A stretch of DNA of 53,470 nucleotides, counting the filler, from Sphacelaria rigidula (taxonomy: Eukaryota), in NCBI GenBank assembly GCA_964200075.2. It is 4 parts of 4 records of this genome, joined end to end, with 100 filler letters (N's around TTAATTAATTAA, not from the genome) between each part and the next. Parts side by side here need not be neighbours in the genome. Positions count along the whole stretch, not along the records: positions 1 to 13,295 come from CAXNAA020002984.1; 3 more parts are not named here. One strand, 5' to 3'. Numbering within the stretch: the first letter of the stretch is position 1; each line of letters starts with the position of its first letter. Position numbers and translations under genes: made by a program. Shown in pieces: positions 1 to 10,770 of this stretch. Below the pieces are notes generated by a model. It worked only from the letters and a program-made list of their open reading frames with translations. It was not told where the DNA came from and did not search any database.

Positions 1-579
1 GCCAATCGGGCCCGTCCCTGCAGGGACCACGCCCCTGACCCTAAACACGTAACACTAACCCCAATCATAACCGTAGGGGTGTTCAAATTTCGATGCGGTC
101 CTCTAAGCACGCGGTCCTCTCACGCATTACACCGATGACCTCACATGCCGGAAGGCATTTTTTCGAAAATTGTCCTGATATTTTCTTTTCCCCATCAATT
201 TTGTTGCAAGCAATTGATCAATAAACACTGACAAAAATCGAAAAGTCTGGTGGGCTTTGCGGGGTTTATGTAAAGCTTGCTTCTGCTCCTGGCCCGCTCT
301 GTCCCGATGGTCTCAAGTCTCCATGCCAAGGATCTCTGTCCACGGCAGCTGACCGCATTCGCCAACGCTTCGGCAATAAACTAGGGGACAGACGGCTGGG
401 TGCCCCCCCCCCTCAGAAAAACGAATTCTCGATATTGGGGCCCAGATGTCCAGTTTTGTTTTTTACGCTGCCCCCTGCTCACGCTAAAAAAACGAATCAA
501 GATTAATTTCATGCGCGCATACGGAACTAGAGCCTGAATAAGCAACGCATCTTGACTCTGATGGCCCGGCTATATGTGT

Positions 580-1602
580 CATGTGTCAGCAGCGTGGAGA
601 TGTATGCAGCATCTGAATGGGGAGAGCGTCGCTAGAACTCACGATTTCTCCATATTGAGGACGTATATGATATGGTCAAGTGTATCCAAGGAAACGAATA
701 AAAGCGATCTATGGTCGGTAAAATGTCGTCGAACAGCTCGGACACTTTTCGGGGTCTAACACCCCCCCAACCCCCCCCCCACCAGCCTGGTCCGGCGAGA
801 ACCCGGCGTGCTCCATCCCGGCTTTGTAGCGGCCAACCCCCGGTGGGGTTGGCATCGGTTGGCGATGATGCTATGAAACACGCCACTCACTACGGAAGCT
901 AGGCAACCACGCTACTGGTTATTTTTTGCGCGTTTGCGTTTTTTTTGCGGTAACCATGATGGTCGTCGAGGTACATCATGTCATCATGTTATGCGGAGTG
1001 GGAGAACCTCAACTCCGCACAACGGGGATGGCCGTACCGCGTAGTGTTTAAATGGTGAGGCACTCCATTAGGCAGTTCAAGAGCTGCGGCTGTCTCTGAA
1101 GTGGCGATACCAGAAAATAAAGGATCTCATTGGAGGATGTCATCCAAGTGCAAGATAATCAGTAGGCTATGTGCCGTACAATCGTAGCAGGATGCAGCTT
1201 ACCCTAAATGCGACTCGCCGAACGCACCACGGCGTTTCGCGCTTGGTGATTGAGTGCGAGCCTGGTCCGGCGAGAACCTGGCGTGCTCCGTCCCGGCTTT
1301 GTAGGGATGCGAGGTCAATGGTCTCATGACTATGGCATGCATGATCATGACTACACCCCTCCCCCTACCCCCCCACCCCATTATTGGCGTCCCTGACGGC
1401 GAGGCTTTCTTTCCTCTTCATAGTGCTTATTACGGTTAGCCGTGCGGTTGGAAGTCCTCATCTGCTCATCCTCATCAATTACGGTTAATGTCGGGCTTTT
1501 TTTTATGTTCCACCATTGCGTTCAAACCTCCGCCCGTGCAAGACCCGTGGCGCTGATACGTTCGGCACTGCTGCCACGCGCGTCAGCCGTGGCTTACCAC
1601 TA

Positions 1603-1603
<1 letters not shown>
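580..1603 (+). mobile_element. Non-autonomous Helitron-like element (3' end defined, 5' end not)
   Basis: Hairpin GCCACG-n9-CGTGGC (1573-1593), 6 nt, then CTAG (1600-1603) followed by T. Segments ~580-755 and ~1434-1603 are homologous to ~5625-5795 and ~6195-6365. Confidence 0.6.
1200..1380 (+). repeat. Dispersed repeat family A (ends in a C-rich tract)
   Basis: Core CCTGGTCCGGCGAGAACC..GTGCTCCGTCCCGGCTTTGTAG. Other copies at ~785-830 (+), 13425-13610 (+), 26590-26687 (-) and 43540-43585 (-, fragment). Confidence 0.8.

Positions 1604-1662
<59 letters not shown>
1604..1662. repeat. (ATT)n microsatellite
   Basis: Pure trinucleotide run directly after the CTAG end. Confidence 0.95.
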
Positions 1663-2121
1663 GTTAGTATTTATTATTTTAGTATTATTAATAATAATAT
1701 TAAAGTTCTGTGCTGGCTGGTCAATGTGATTATACAATAATACAATTAAAATTAATTAATTAATCAAGTGGTTGGTTGGGATTGAATGGATGGTTGTATT
1801 TATTTTTTGGACAAGACAATATATCACTACTATTAGTAGTAGTAGTAGTAGTGGTAGTAGTGGTAGTATCTTCTTATTTATTAATAGGGTAATGTCGCTG
1901 GCTCCCACACTGCCAACCAGTACGAGGGTGTCCGTTTTACCCATACTGTAGCCAATACACAAATCATCCTTTCGGAAGAGTAGTTTGTACCAGACTCAGA
2001 CTGAAGAGGACACAATTGTCACCCTTCTCTATCGTCCCGCAGAACCAGGTCGAAAGATACTCTGTGGGCAAACGGTCAAGTTGTATTGATCACCATGGAA
2101 TCTGAAAACCCCGTCCCCTGG

Positions 2122-2255
2122 ACAGCACCGATACGACGAATTGCACCCGTGCACAGTAATTGAGTGTTTGACTGAGAGAGGAGGTATTACAGCACCGATA
2201 CGACGAAATGCACCCGTGCACAGTAATCCAGTGTTTTACTGAGAGAGGAGGTATT
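2122..2255. repeat. 67-bp tandem duplication
   Basis: ACAGCACCGATACGACGAA...GAGAGGAGGTATT starts at 2122 and again at 2189. Confidence 0.9.
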
Positions 2256-3094
2256 GCCTCACGTGAACTGCAGAGGCTTTCATCAAATGTATTGTACAAG
2301 AGTAGCACCATACTGTACAGTACAGTATGTACAGTGTAGAAGCTCCTTGCACGGGATCGGATGATCAGGGTACGGTAGCTCCCAACAGGATGAGATGATC
2401 AGTGGTATGGCGAGAGCACTGAAGGACGAGAGCGTGTACAGTACCTCTACTATCTGTATGACAAACAAAACTGTAGCACAAGAAGGGTAATAAATTGCCG
2501 CATACAAAGCAGCTTGCTGACATCCTTTCCAGAGAGTCAGTGCAGTAGTTTCATATGTACGATAGTGGGACTGAGGTATGAACAGTATAATAGACACACC
2601 ATGACTTGTGGCTCATCCTCGCCCCCGGACGACATTTTCATATGTTTTTGCAACCCACCAGCCCCTCCCTCCCTCCTGATTTACGTACAGGTCAAAACTA
2701 CACAGAAAGGGTAATTGCTGCATACAAACCGAACGTGACCAGCTTGCTGACATCCCTTGCGGGATCGCCCAGATCAGCGTCGCGGTACTACTGCGAGAGC
2801 GCGGAAAAAGGAGAGTTGACACGCATCGCCGAGAAAACGGACAGAGAGTCAGTGCAGCCGTTTTATACACTGTACAATAGTGCACCATCTTTTCATCGCC
2901 ACACGGTAAAATACCCACCCCCACGCCTCTCTTCTGGGATTCTCTGTTGGGCAGGGGGGCAACGGGGGGTAGAGCAGAAAAAAACAAACCCTTGCCATGC
3001 GAAAAATAGGACAACTTCCTTATTACTGCACTGTTGTACACAAGCTGTTTGTATGTGAGGACTTCTGTTCATGTGTGAGGACTCACCAAAGAAC

Positions 3095-3810
3095 GAGACC
3101 GCAGACTTTTCATGACCTGCGCAAGAAGGATGTTCATTCGTAGAGCCCAACACGGTACAACACCCACGCCCACGATTCTCTCTAGGGGTGAAGCAGAAAG
3201 AGCAAACCCCCCTTTCGCCTACGAGTAGGGCAAGCCCGTGCCATGGAAGCAGCTGTCATATATATACCTGTTCCTCAGCCATGCAGAGTGTTGTGTTTAT
3301 TGTTGGATCTGAGTGATGAACTACACTGCACACGCGAGACCGCAGACTTTTCATGATCTGGGCGAGAAGGATGTTCATTCATAGAGCAAGACACAGTACG
3401 ACACCCACGCCCACGATTCTCTCTAGGGGTGAAGCAGAAAGAGCAAACCCCCCTTTCGCCTGGGAGTAGGGCAAGCCCGTGCCATGGAAGCAGCCGTCAT
3501 ATATATACCTGTTCCTCAGCCATGCAGAGTGTTATGCTTACTGCTGCATGTGAGTGATGGAACTACACTGCACACGCGAGACCGCAGACTTTTCATGATC
3601 TGGGCAAGAAGGATGTTCATTCGTAGAGCCCAACACGGTACAGGACACAGTACGACACCCACGCCCACGATTCTCTCTAGGGGTAAACCAGAAAGAGCAA
3701 ACCCCCCTTTCGCCTGGGAGTAGGGCAAGCCCGTGTCATGGAAGCAGCCGTTATATACCTCTGCCTTGCAGTAGCCATGCAGAGTGTCATGTATACTGTT
3801 GCATCTGAGC
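3095..3810. repeat. ~241-254-bp tandem repeat, about 3 copies
   Basis: CACCCACGCCCACGATTCTCTCTAGGGGT recurs at 3161, 3402 and 3656. Confidence 0.9.
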
Positions 3811-5624
3811 GATGTACAAACAGAAACATCAAGTCGTTTACCGTTTTTTCTCCACACACACCCCTGAGCGGAGGAACTGTCGAGATAAACATGTGGTTTG
3901 CGGGAGCACCGGATGCACAAAATACAGGGCACCCCAACAGTGATGACGTGGATCACATTTTTACCCTCTCAATAGGAGCCACCAAAACCAACCCTCAGTA
4001 CAGTGCAGTAGTACAAATGGACAGTAACATGATGTCGTACTCTCTTTCATCGCTCACACTCCTCATGCGGTGGCCGACTTCCTTTTGTTTCGATGACTAC
4101 CCACTGCGACCTGGAAAATATAAAACTGTTGATCGTTTCAAAGCTAAAAAACTACATGCTCGCTTTTTCCCATCCATGTATAGTGCACGCCTACAGGTCG
4201 TACACATCATGAAGGTAGCAGAACTACCGCTTTGTGAACGAACACAGTGAAATTCAAGTTATTATTATAGTATGCATATACGCCTCAGCGGAAAAGCTTT
4301 CGAGAAACATAAGTATAGATGTATTGCTGAGGCGTGTTTGCTTTCAATGCCTGCATGTTGCTCGGGCTGGGTACTCAGGGGTCAGTCATGTCATTCAGTC
4401 ACGCGTGTCCAGATTTAGATATTGTAGCACTCCAGTACGACAGTACGTCCATGTACAGTCGCTGTTGCACTACAGCACGGCAGTAGTTATATACACCGTC
4501 TAAGGTGTGGCTTATCCTCGCCCTCATGTGTCCACCTTCCAACGACACCGCACAGTGACGGAAAAACGGTTCATCATGACGGGTTCATTCTGACAGAATT
4601 TTCCCGACGCCGCCTGCGCCCTCCATTTCCAAGCTTTCACCTCACACCATCCCAGATACAAATCGTATTAAAATTTTTAAATACCTACCGTATCCGACCC
4701 ACATTTCAACGCTATATCCGCGACAGACAACTGTACAGCTATGCTGCACTGTACCTCGATACCGCCATGTTCGCCACGCAATCTCTATAGCACTTATCCT
4801 TTGTTTGAAAGACCATGAAGCACGTGTCACCCGCGGGGCGAATTCTCTGTTGTTTCGGCATAATATTTACTTGACAAATGAGTACAAGACCCAGGTGACC
4901 CACCCTGGTGGTCAAAATAATGAAATTTAAAGGTGGCAACAGAAAGGCGTCACGCTCTCCGGAGGTTTGATAGAATTTGGTCCTTTAGTGATACCCATGG
5001 ACAAGGGGACACACACAGCGCGGGAGGGGCGGGGCGGGTGAAGAAGACACTGCATGCACTGTATTGTATAGCTTTGTGCTGTCCTGTGTATTTTAGTCGG
5101 ACTTCCCTCCATCTACATTGCCACGCACAGTGACGGATGAGGCCCCTCCCCACCGAAGGGTATTCTCCCCTTTTCCAATATCCACTTCTGAATGCATCCG
5201 CGCACAACAGAGCCGGCAGATAGCGCACGCCACGGCACGCACACCACCAATACCACAGTTCACACGTACAAATACATAGATGAACCACCGCTAGCGGCGA
5301 AAATCAAGAGATCATGTAGCGGAAAGACCGAGCTCATCGCTCCTGCTCGATAAACGTATACAAGAAGAGTTTTGACCCTAATATCTTCCTTTGAGGGAAA
5401 CAAAAAAACGACCCTTGATACGGTATTACTTTCACACCAACTACAAGGCTGGAGCGTGTTCGCTATTTTTACGTTGTGTGCTTCGAACCTGAATGCACCC
5501 ACTGGCTTAACCCTTTCCAGGGCACGCCCCGCGCTTGACGGAAAAAGTCGGAAAATGTCCAGTTTCTTCTGCAGGTTATGAGGGTCGGCTTGAAAAGCAC
5601 TTGAAAATAAGGATCGACCTCCGA

Positions 5625-6365
5625 ATGTCTCAGTGGTGTGGAAGTGCATGTGGTGTCTAAATAGAAAAAGCGTTACATTAGCGCACGATTTCTCTATGAC
5701 AAGGATGCAGACTAAAATTAGTGTATCCCAAAAAACGAAGGAAAAGGGGCGATGGTTAGTGATATGTTGCCGAACAGCCCGGACACTTCTCGGAGGCTAG
5801 CAATCCCCCCGCGTTCGGCACCCCTACACACGCGGACATTTGGCTACCCCTCAAAATGCCTCCGGAGGGATGCGCGGCCCTCCAGAGGCGAAACGAGCGT
5901 CCGGGGGCCTTCAATCTCTCAGGAGGAAGCCAAACACTACCGCCGCGGAGGGCCGCGCACCCCTTCGGAGGAATTTGTGGGTAGCAAAATGTATCCGGAG
6001 GGATGCACGGCGCTTCGGAGGCAAGAACAAGCCTCCGGAGGCGTTCAATCCCTCTGGAGGAAACAAAAGAATACTCCTCTGGAGAGCCGCGCACCCCTCC
6101 GGAGGTTTTCACTTCCTTCGGAGGCTCGAAACGTTGACCGCCCTGGAGGAATTATGGGGGGTAGCCAAATAGGCGCGTGTGTAACGCTCACCATGTTAGC
6201 CGTGGGGCTGGAAGTCCTCATTTGCTTATACTTTCTACTTATTTCTTGTGGTAACCATTATTTTCGCTTTTCGCAATTTTGTTTAAAACCAACACGCGTG
6301 CGAGAACCGCGGCGTTGGTACCTGCGGCGGTGCTGCCACGTGCGTCAGCCGTGGCTTACCACTAG
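5625..6365 (+). mobile_element. Second copy of the Helitron-like element
   Basis: Same hairpin (6335-6355) and CTAG|T end (6362-6365); contains a nested MITE at 5827-6181. Confidence 0.6.
5827..6181. mobile_element. TA-flanked MITE (Tc1/mariner-type) with an internal CCTCCGGAGG palindrome array
   Basis: TA|CACACGCG..ATTTGGCTACCCC ... GGGGTAGCCAAAT..CGCGTGTG|TA; repeated CCT(C/T)CGGAGG-like motifs inside. Confidence 0.75.
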
Positions 6366-6774
6366 TACGAGTATTATTATAGTTATTATTTTCCATGTAC
6401 TCTGTGGTACAGCATTTCAGGAACGTCACCCAAGAAAGCTGACCGCGCACTTCACCTGGCAAACTTTACTACAATCCCTCTTTTTGCTGCCAAGGTGTGA
6501 TGTTGTCAAGTACTGCACATCGCATCTAATATTTACCGGTACGTTTTTTCTTAACTTGTGAGTAAACGCTTTGTATTCACACAGCCAGCAGTACAGTATC
6601 TTGAAGACCATCGCCTCTCATGTTCTCGATCGAACGTAACCACTGCAGTGTAGGGTACACTTCGGTATCTCCGGCAAGCACGGAGACACTGCGGTTGCTG
6701 CACTCTGCTTCGGTGTGCCATGCGTAACTGTCACCCTCCTCAGTAGGAAGTGTTCTACTGTTGTAGTGGGTTCA

Positions 6775-7760
6775 CACACTATGTTTCGATCGAAAATGTG
6801 CGGTGGAAACGCAAAACTCCAATCTGATAGGTCGTAATTTCAACCATCATAGTTTATTTCGAAGATAGTTGAAATCACGACTCATCAGATCAGAATATTT
6901 GTTTTCCACCTCACTTTTCCGAATGTGCTGAGGGTGTGTCGTAGCACTATTTGTCTTCATCGAAAAAATGGGGCGGTGGGATCGATTTGAGCGACATTTT
7001 CTCGTTTTCATGTGGTGAGGTCCAAATGAATTGTCAACTTTAAATTGAAAAGAAAACAGGGAAATTCGAAATTCGTGAAACGGTACGTGGTCACTTGTCG
7101 TGTAGAGTACAGACAGTCTGTACTGTCTGCACTGCTTGCCAGCGGTGTCTTGAGTGCGTGTGTGCGTGTTCCGTACAGGAGGATATAAAATAGAAAGCGG
7201 GCAACGTGCAGTGCAGACACCCCAGCACTATCATTTCTCTCTGCTTACAAGGTGACGTGAAAAGGACTTCAGCAACGTGCAGCCTTGTACTACCTGCACT
7301 GTCCATCAGCGTGCACGCAACTCGGTTGCATACCGTACCACGCAGTTCCGTCGCTGATCTTTATCATGAGAGAAGATGCGCAAGTTCTTGACAACAAAAA
7401 TAAATAAAGCACACTCAACTACTGCAGTGTATCTATCCCTGGGCTTAATTCGCGCTCTATGCTGCAGGGTTGCGGTGGTACCTGATAATGAGTTGGATGG
7501 AGTTTGCATGGCCCTGTAAACAGGTGTTATCTGGCGTGGTGGTCTGTAAGATAGGTGTCAAGTGCCGCTTCATGCCTTTCGACCGCATGTTTTCGATCGA
7601 AAACGACTGTTTTTTGCCTCGAATATTTTTTCTCCGCGCGTCGCTGAATGTAATTTTGAGTTGAAGCCTTCTGTGAACAAAAATACGGTAGACCTATGAC
7701 ATCGGCAACAAAAAATTCGACCGCACTTTTTCGATCGAAAAAAAGTGTCACGACACCCCC
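6775..7760. repeat. Cluster of diverged MITE-like inverted repeats sharing a TTCGATCGAAAA motif
   Basis: Imperfect hairpin at ~6798-6915; the motif recurs near 6785, 6955 (degenerate), 7590 and 7730 in both orientations. Confidence 0.5.
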
Positions 7761-8115
7761 CAAGACACGACCTCACAGCCGAGCAAAACACGCCGGGACC
7801 TCAGTTACGGTTACCCGGTGTGAAGGCGCGTTTTCCTAACTGGGTGGTCTTCCCACTTTGCCCGTGTTGCCAGTATAGCTTCACACTGTCTGCAATGTTG
7901 TGGAACACGAAGCAGAGTCATCAGCAGGTGCAGTAGACTGTGTTCTGCGGAGAGCGATGGTACGTTGGCTGTTTCTTGTTGTATCCAGCGAAGACAAACA
8001 GCACACACACTAACTGTACGTACTTGACTGCAGGGTAAAAACCGGTCAGGCGTTATCCGGGACCGTCTTCATTAATGCCCAACATCCACATGTTCACATA
8101 CTCGTGAAAAAAAAA

Positions 8116-10293
8116 GGGCAATATACAAAAAAGGGTACACCCTGGGTAACGCACTTTTCGCTATCAAGCGCGGCGCTGCACGCCGGCTAAACACTTGGAA
8201 AACATGTTCCAGCACATCGACCCCACACCCAAGGTGTCTGAGCAGCATACCCGTCCATTTTTCCTCGTTTTCACAAGTGTTACTGGGCTGACCTAGGGCG
8301 CCGAAAATGAGAGCCTGTGAGAGTACCCTGTTTTGTCAACAAACCAGGAGGGTACACCCTACCCTCTGCTAAAAACTTATGTCGCACCCTTTTCTGTGAA
8401 GTGGTGACCCTTTTTTTGTGAAGTGGTGACCGTACCGCCGTCTCAGCAAAAGATACGCCGAGCAGTCACAACCATGGCCATTTTCGTAAAATTAAACCCC
8501 ACCAAAAATGGCCGAAACCCAACGATCAGAAGCGCGTAGCCCTCCTATTGGTTGGCCCGAAGATCCGCGAGATCCAACAAACATGGGTGAACATCTTGCC
8601 GACACACCATCCCGAACGGCATCATGCAGCAACATCAGGCCGTTGCCGGATCTGTAATTTGCGGCCCGGACACAGAGATGGACACCGACCGGATTCCGGA
8701 TTGGAGGAAGAACGCCCGAATCCAACGGCGTAGACTGTACAATCGGGTGTCTTCCTCTGATCGTTGCTGTTGCACCCAAGAGACCAACACTCAGAATACT
8801 CAAAGCTGTAATACTGGTGCACCCCAACCCAAGCAACACGTACAGAAAACTGTGTGATTATCGTGAGCAGCACAGGTCAGCACGCTACACCGTCGCGGAA
8901 CAACGACAATGCCCCCCACAAATGATGTTATGCTGCAAGCCGGCGCCGATCATTCACCAAACAGCAAATTGTTCACCTCGGCCCACCCCCACAGAAAAGG
9001 AGATTGACAGGCTCTGAGTGATGATACATTATGAAGTCGGGTGGGGGGAAAAAGTGATCGAACGCTGTGCCGCATCGTGTACACAGTCAAATGCACACCC
9101 TTGACGATATGTGGTCAATACTTGCAATACACAATAAACGTACTGCATAAAGTATAGGCTTATTGCAAGTATTGCCGGCCGACGGTAGTCGCAATAGGCC
9201 TATACTTTATGCAGTACGTTTATTGTGTATTGCAAGTATTGACCACATCTTGTCAAGGGTGCGGTCAAATGTCGATTATACCGTCGTTCACTTATCATGT
9301 ATTTTCGAACCTGGTGCACGCTGTGCGAATTCTAGATGCAGTTATGCAGGGCCGAGTCTAGTGCCTGTATCGTAGGCACAAGTTTGACTCTTACAACACA
9401 GACGCCCCTCACATGGGGTCAGATGAACGAGGCCACATCTGAGTCTCATACCAGCCGTTTCATCACAGCACAAAACGCCTTTTTTTGTCAACAGCATGTG
9501 GATATATTGGGCGGTGCACCGATATCACAGCTTTGAGTATTCCGAGTGGTGGTCTCTTGGGTGCAACAGCAACGTTCAGAGCAAGACACCCGGTTGTACA
9601 GTCTACGCCGTTAGATTTAGGCGTTCTTCCTCCAACCCGAAATCCGGTCGGTATTCATATCTGTGCCCGAGCCGCAAATTACAGATCCAGCGACGGCGTG
9701 ATGTTGTCGCCGCATGATGCCGTTCGGGCTGGTGTGTCGGCAAGATGTTCACCCATGTTCGTTGAATCTTTGTGACCTCTGGCGCACATGCGACCTGTAT
9801 GCATCATTGGATCTTTCGGATTTTCGGGCCAACCAACAGGAGGGTTACACTGTTCTGGTCGTTGGGTTTCGGCCATTTTTGGTGGGGTGTAATTTGACCG
9901 AAAATGGCCATGTTGTGACTGCTCGGCGTATCTTGTGCTGAGACGGCGGTACGGTCACCACTTCACAAAAAGGGTCAACAGTACAACCAAAAGGGTGAGA
10001 TATAAATTTTGGCAGAGGGCAGGGCGTACCCTCCTGGTTTGTTTACAAATCAGGGGACTCTTACAGGCTCTCATTTTCGGCGCCCTAGGTCAGCCCAGGA
10101 AGACTTGTGAGAATGAGAAAAAATGGACGGGTACGCTGCCCAAACAACTTGGACGTGGGGCCGAGGTGCTGGAACATGTTCTCGAGGTTTTTAGCCGGCG
10201 TGCAGCGCCGCGCCCCATAGCGAAAACTGCGTTACCCTCTCTCATTCCAAAAGTACCAGGGTATACGAGTACCCTTTTTTGTAGATTGCCCCC
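8116..10293. mobile_element. Foldback / long-TIR non-autonomous DNA transposon (MULE-like architecture)
   Basis: ~710-bp arm 8116-8825 is the diverged reverse complement of ~9510-10293. No coding capacity and no clear TSD. The same terminus recurs at ~53327-53470. Confidence 0.8.
9094..9263. mobile_element. 170-bp palindromic MITE with an 8-bp TSD
   Basis: Near-perfect hairpin CACACCCTTGAC...GTCAAGGGTGCG, flanked by GTCAAATG at 9086-9093 and 9264-9271. Confidence 0.9.
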
Positions 10294-10463
10294 AATCGTT
10301 TTCATCTACTCCTACTCGTAGAGAACAGCTGTTTTGAACCCCAAATGCGGCATATTCATCGAAGTCCATCTGAGGGGGGCTTGCTGCCTAGAGATTAGCT
10401 ATGATCGATGACTGCTCTGCACGGTGCTCCATCGTACATGAACTGCTGTAGCCCATCTTTACC

Positions 10464-10770
10464 CTGTGTGCTGTGTGCTGTCGTCCCATCTATTCTGATC
10501 GTCGGTCTACACTTTTCGGTATATCTGAGCGCACCAGCCGGGGTCGCACAGGAGGAAGGTCACCACAGGAGTTTCTTCTTTGTTTTTCAGTACTCCACCT
10601 TCCTTGTGCGGTGCTTGCCTTTATTTTTTATCGCGAGAGGTGATCAGCAGTCCCTTTCCCTCGTCGACCGTGAAGTCGAATTTTGTGTACCCACGACATA
10701 GTCGCTCTCCACTGTTAGGCATTGTGTGAGAAAAAATCCCAGATTGCTCCGAGAGTCGAACCCACTTACC
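10464..10770 (-). mobile_element. tRNA-derived SINE family 1, 5'-truncated
   Basis: Body matches 15043-15340; B box retained, A box missing. Confidence 0.8.

Noticed and set aside
30..80. Telomere-like CCCTAA motifs (also GGGTTAGGG near 46300)
   Set aside because: Only a few degenerate units; typical of interspersed repeat fragments, not a telomere.
1516..1962. Poly-Ile / poly-Leu membrane-protein-like ORFs
   Set aside because: These are translations of (ATT)n and (AGT)n microsatellites.
3095..3810. CRISPR-like array (also considered for 5827-6181 and 49730-52070)
   Set aside because: The units are long tandem duplications or irregular palindromes with no constant repeat plus unique spacer pattern, there are no cas genes, and the context is eukaryotic.
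4549..5137. Two CACAGTG heptamers (RSS/Transib-like) within CGCACAGTGACGGA
   Set aside because: Both are in the same orientation, with no inverted partner, nonamer or TSD found.
5752..6561. Longest ORF in the track (269 aa)
   Set aside because: It runs across a MITE and a Helitron-like end, has no recognisable domain, and is explained by GC-rich palindromic repeats.
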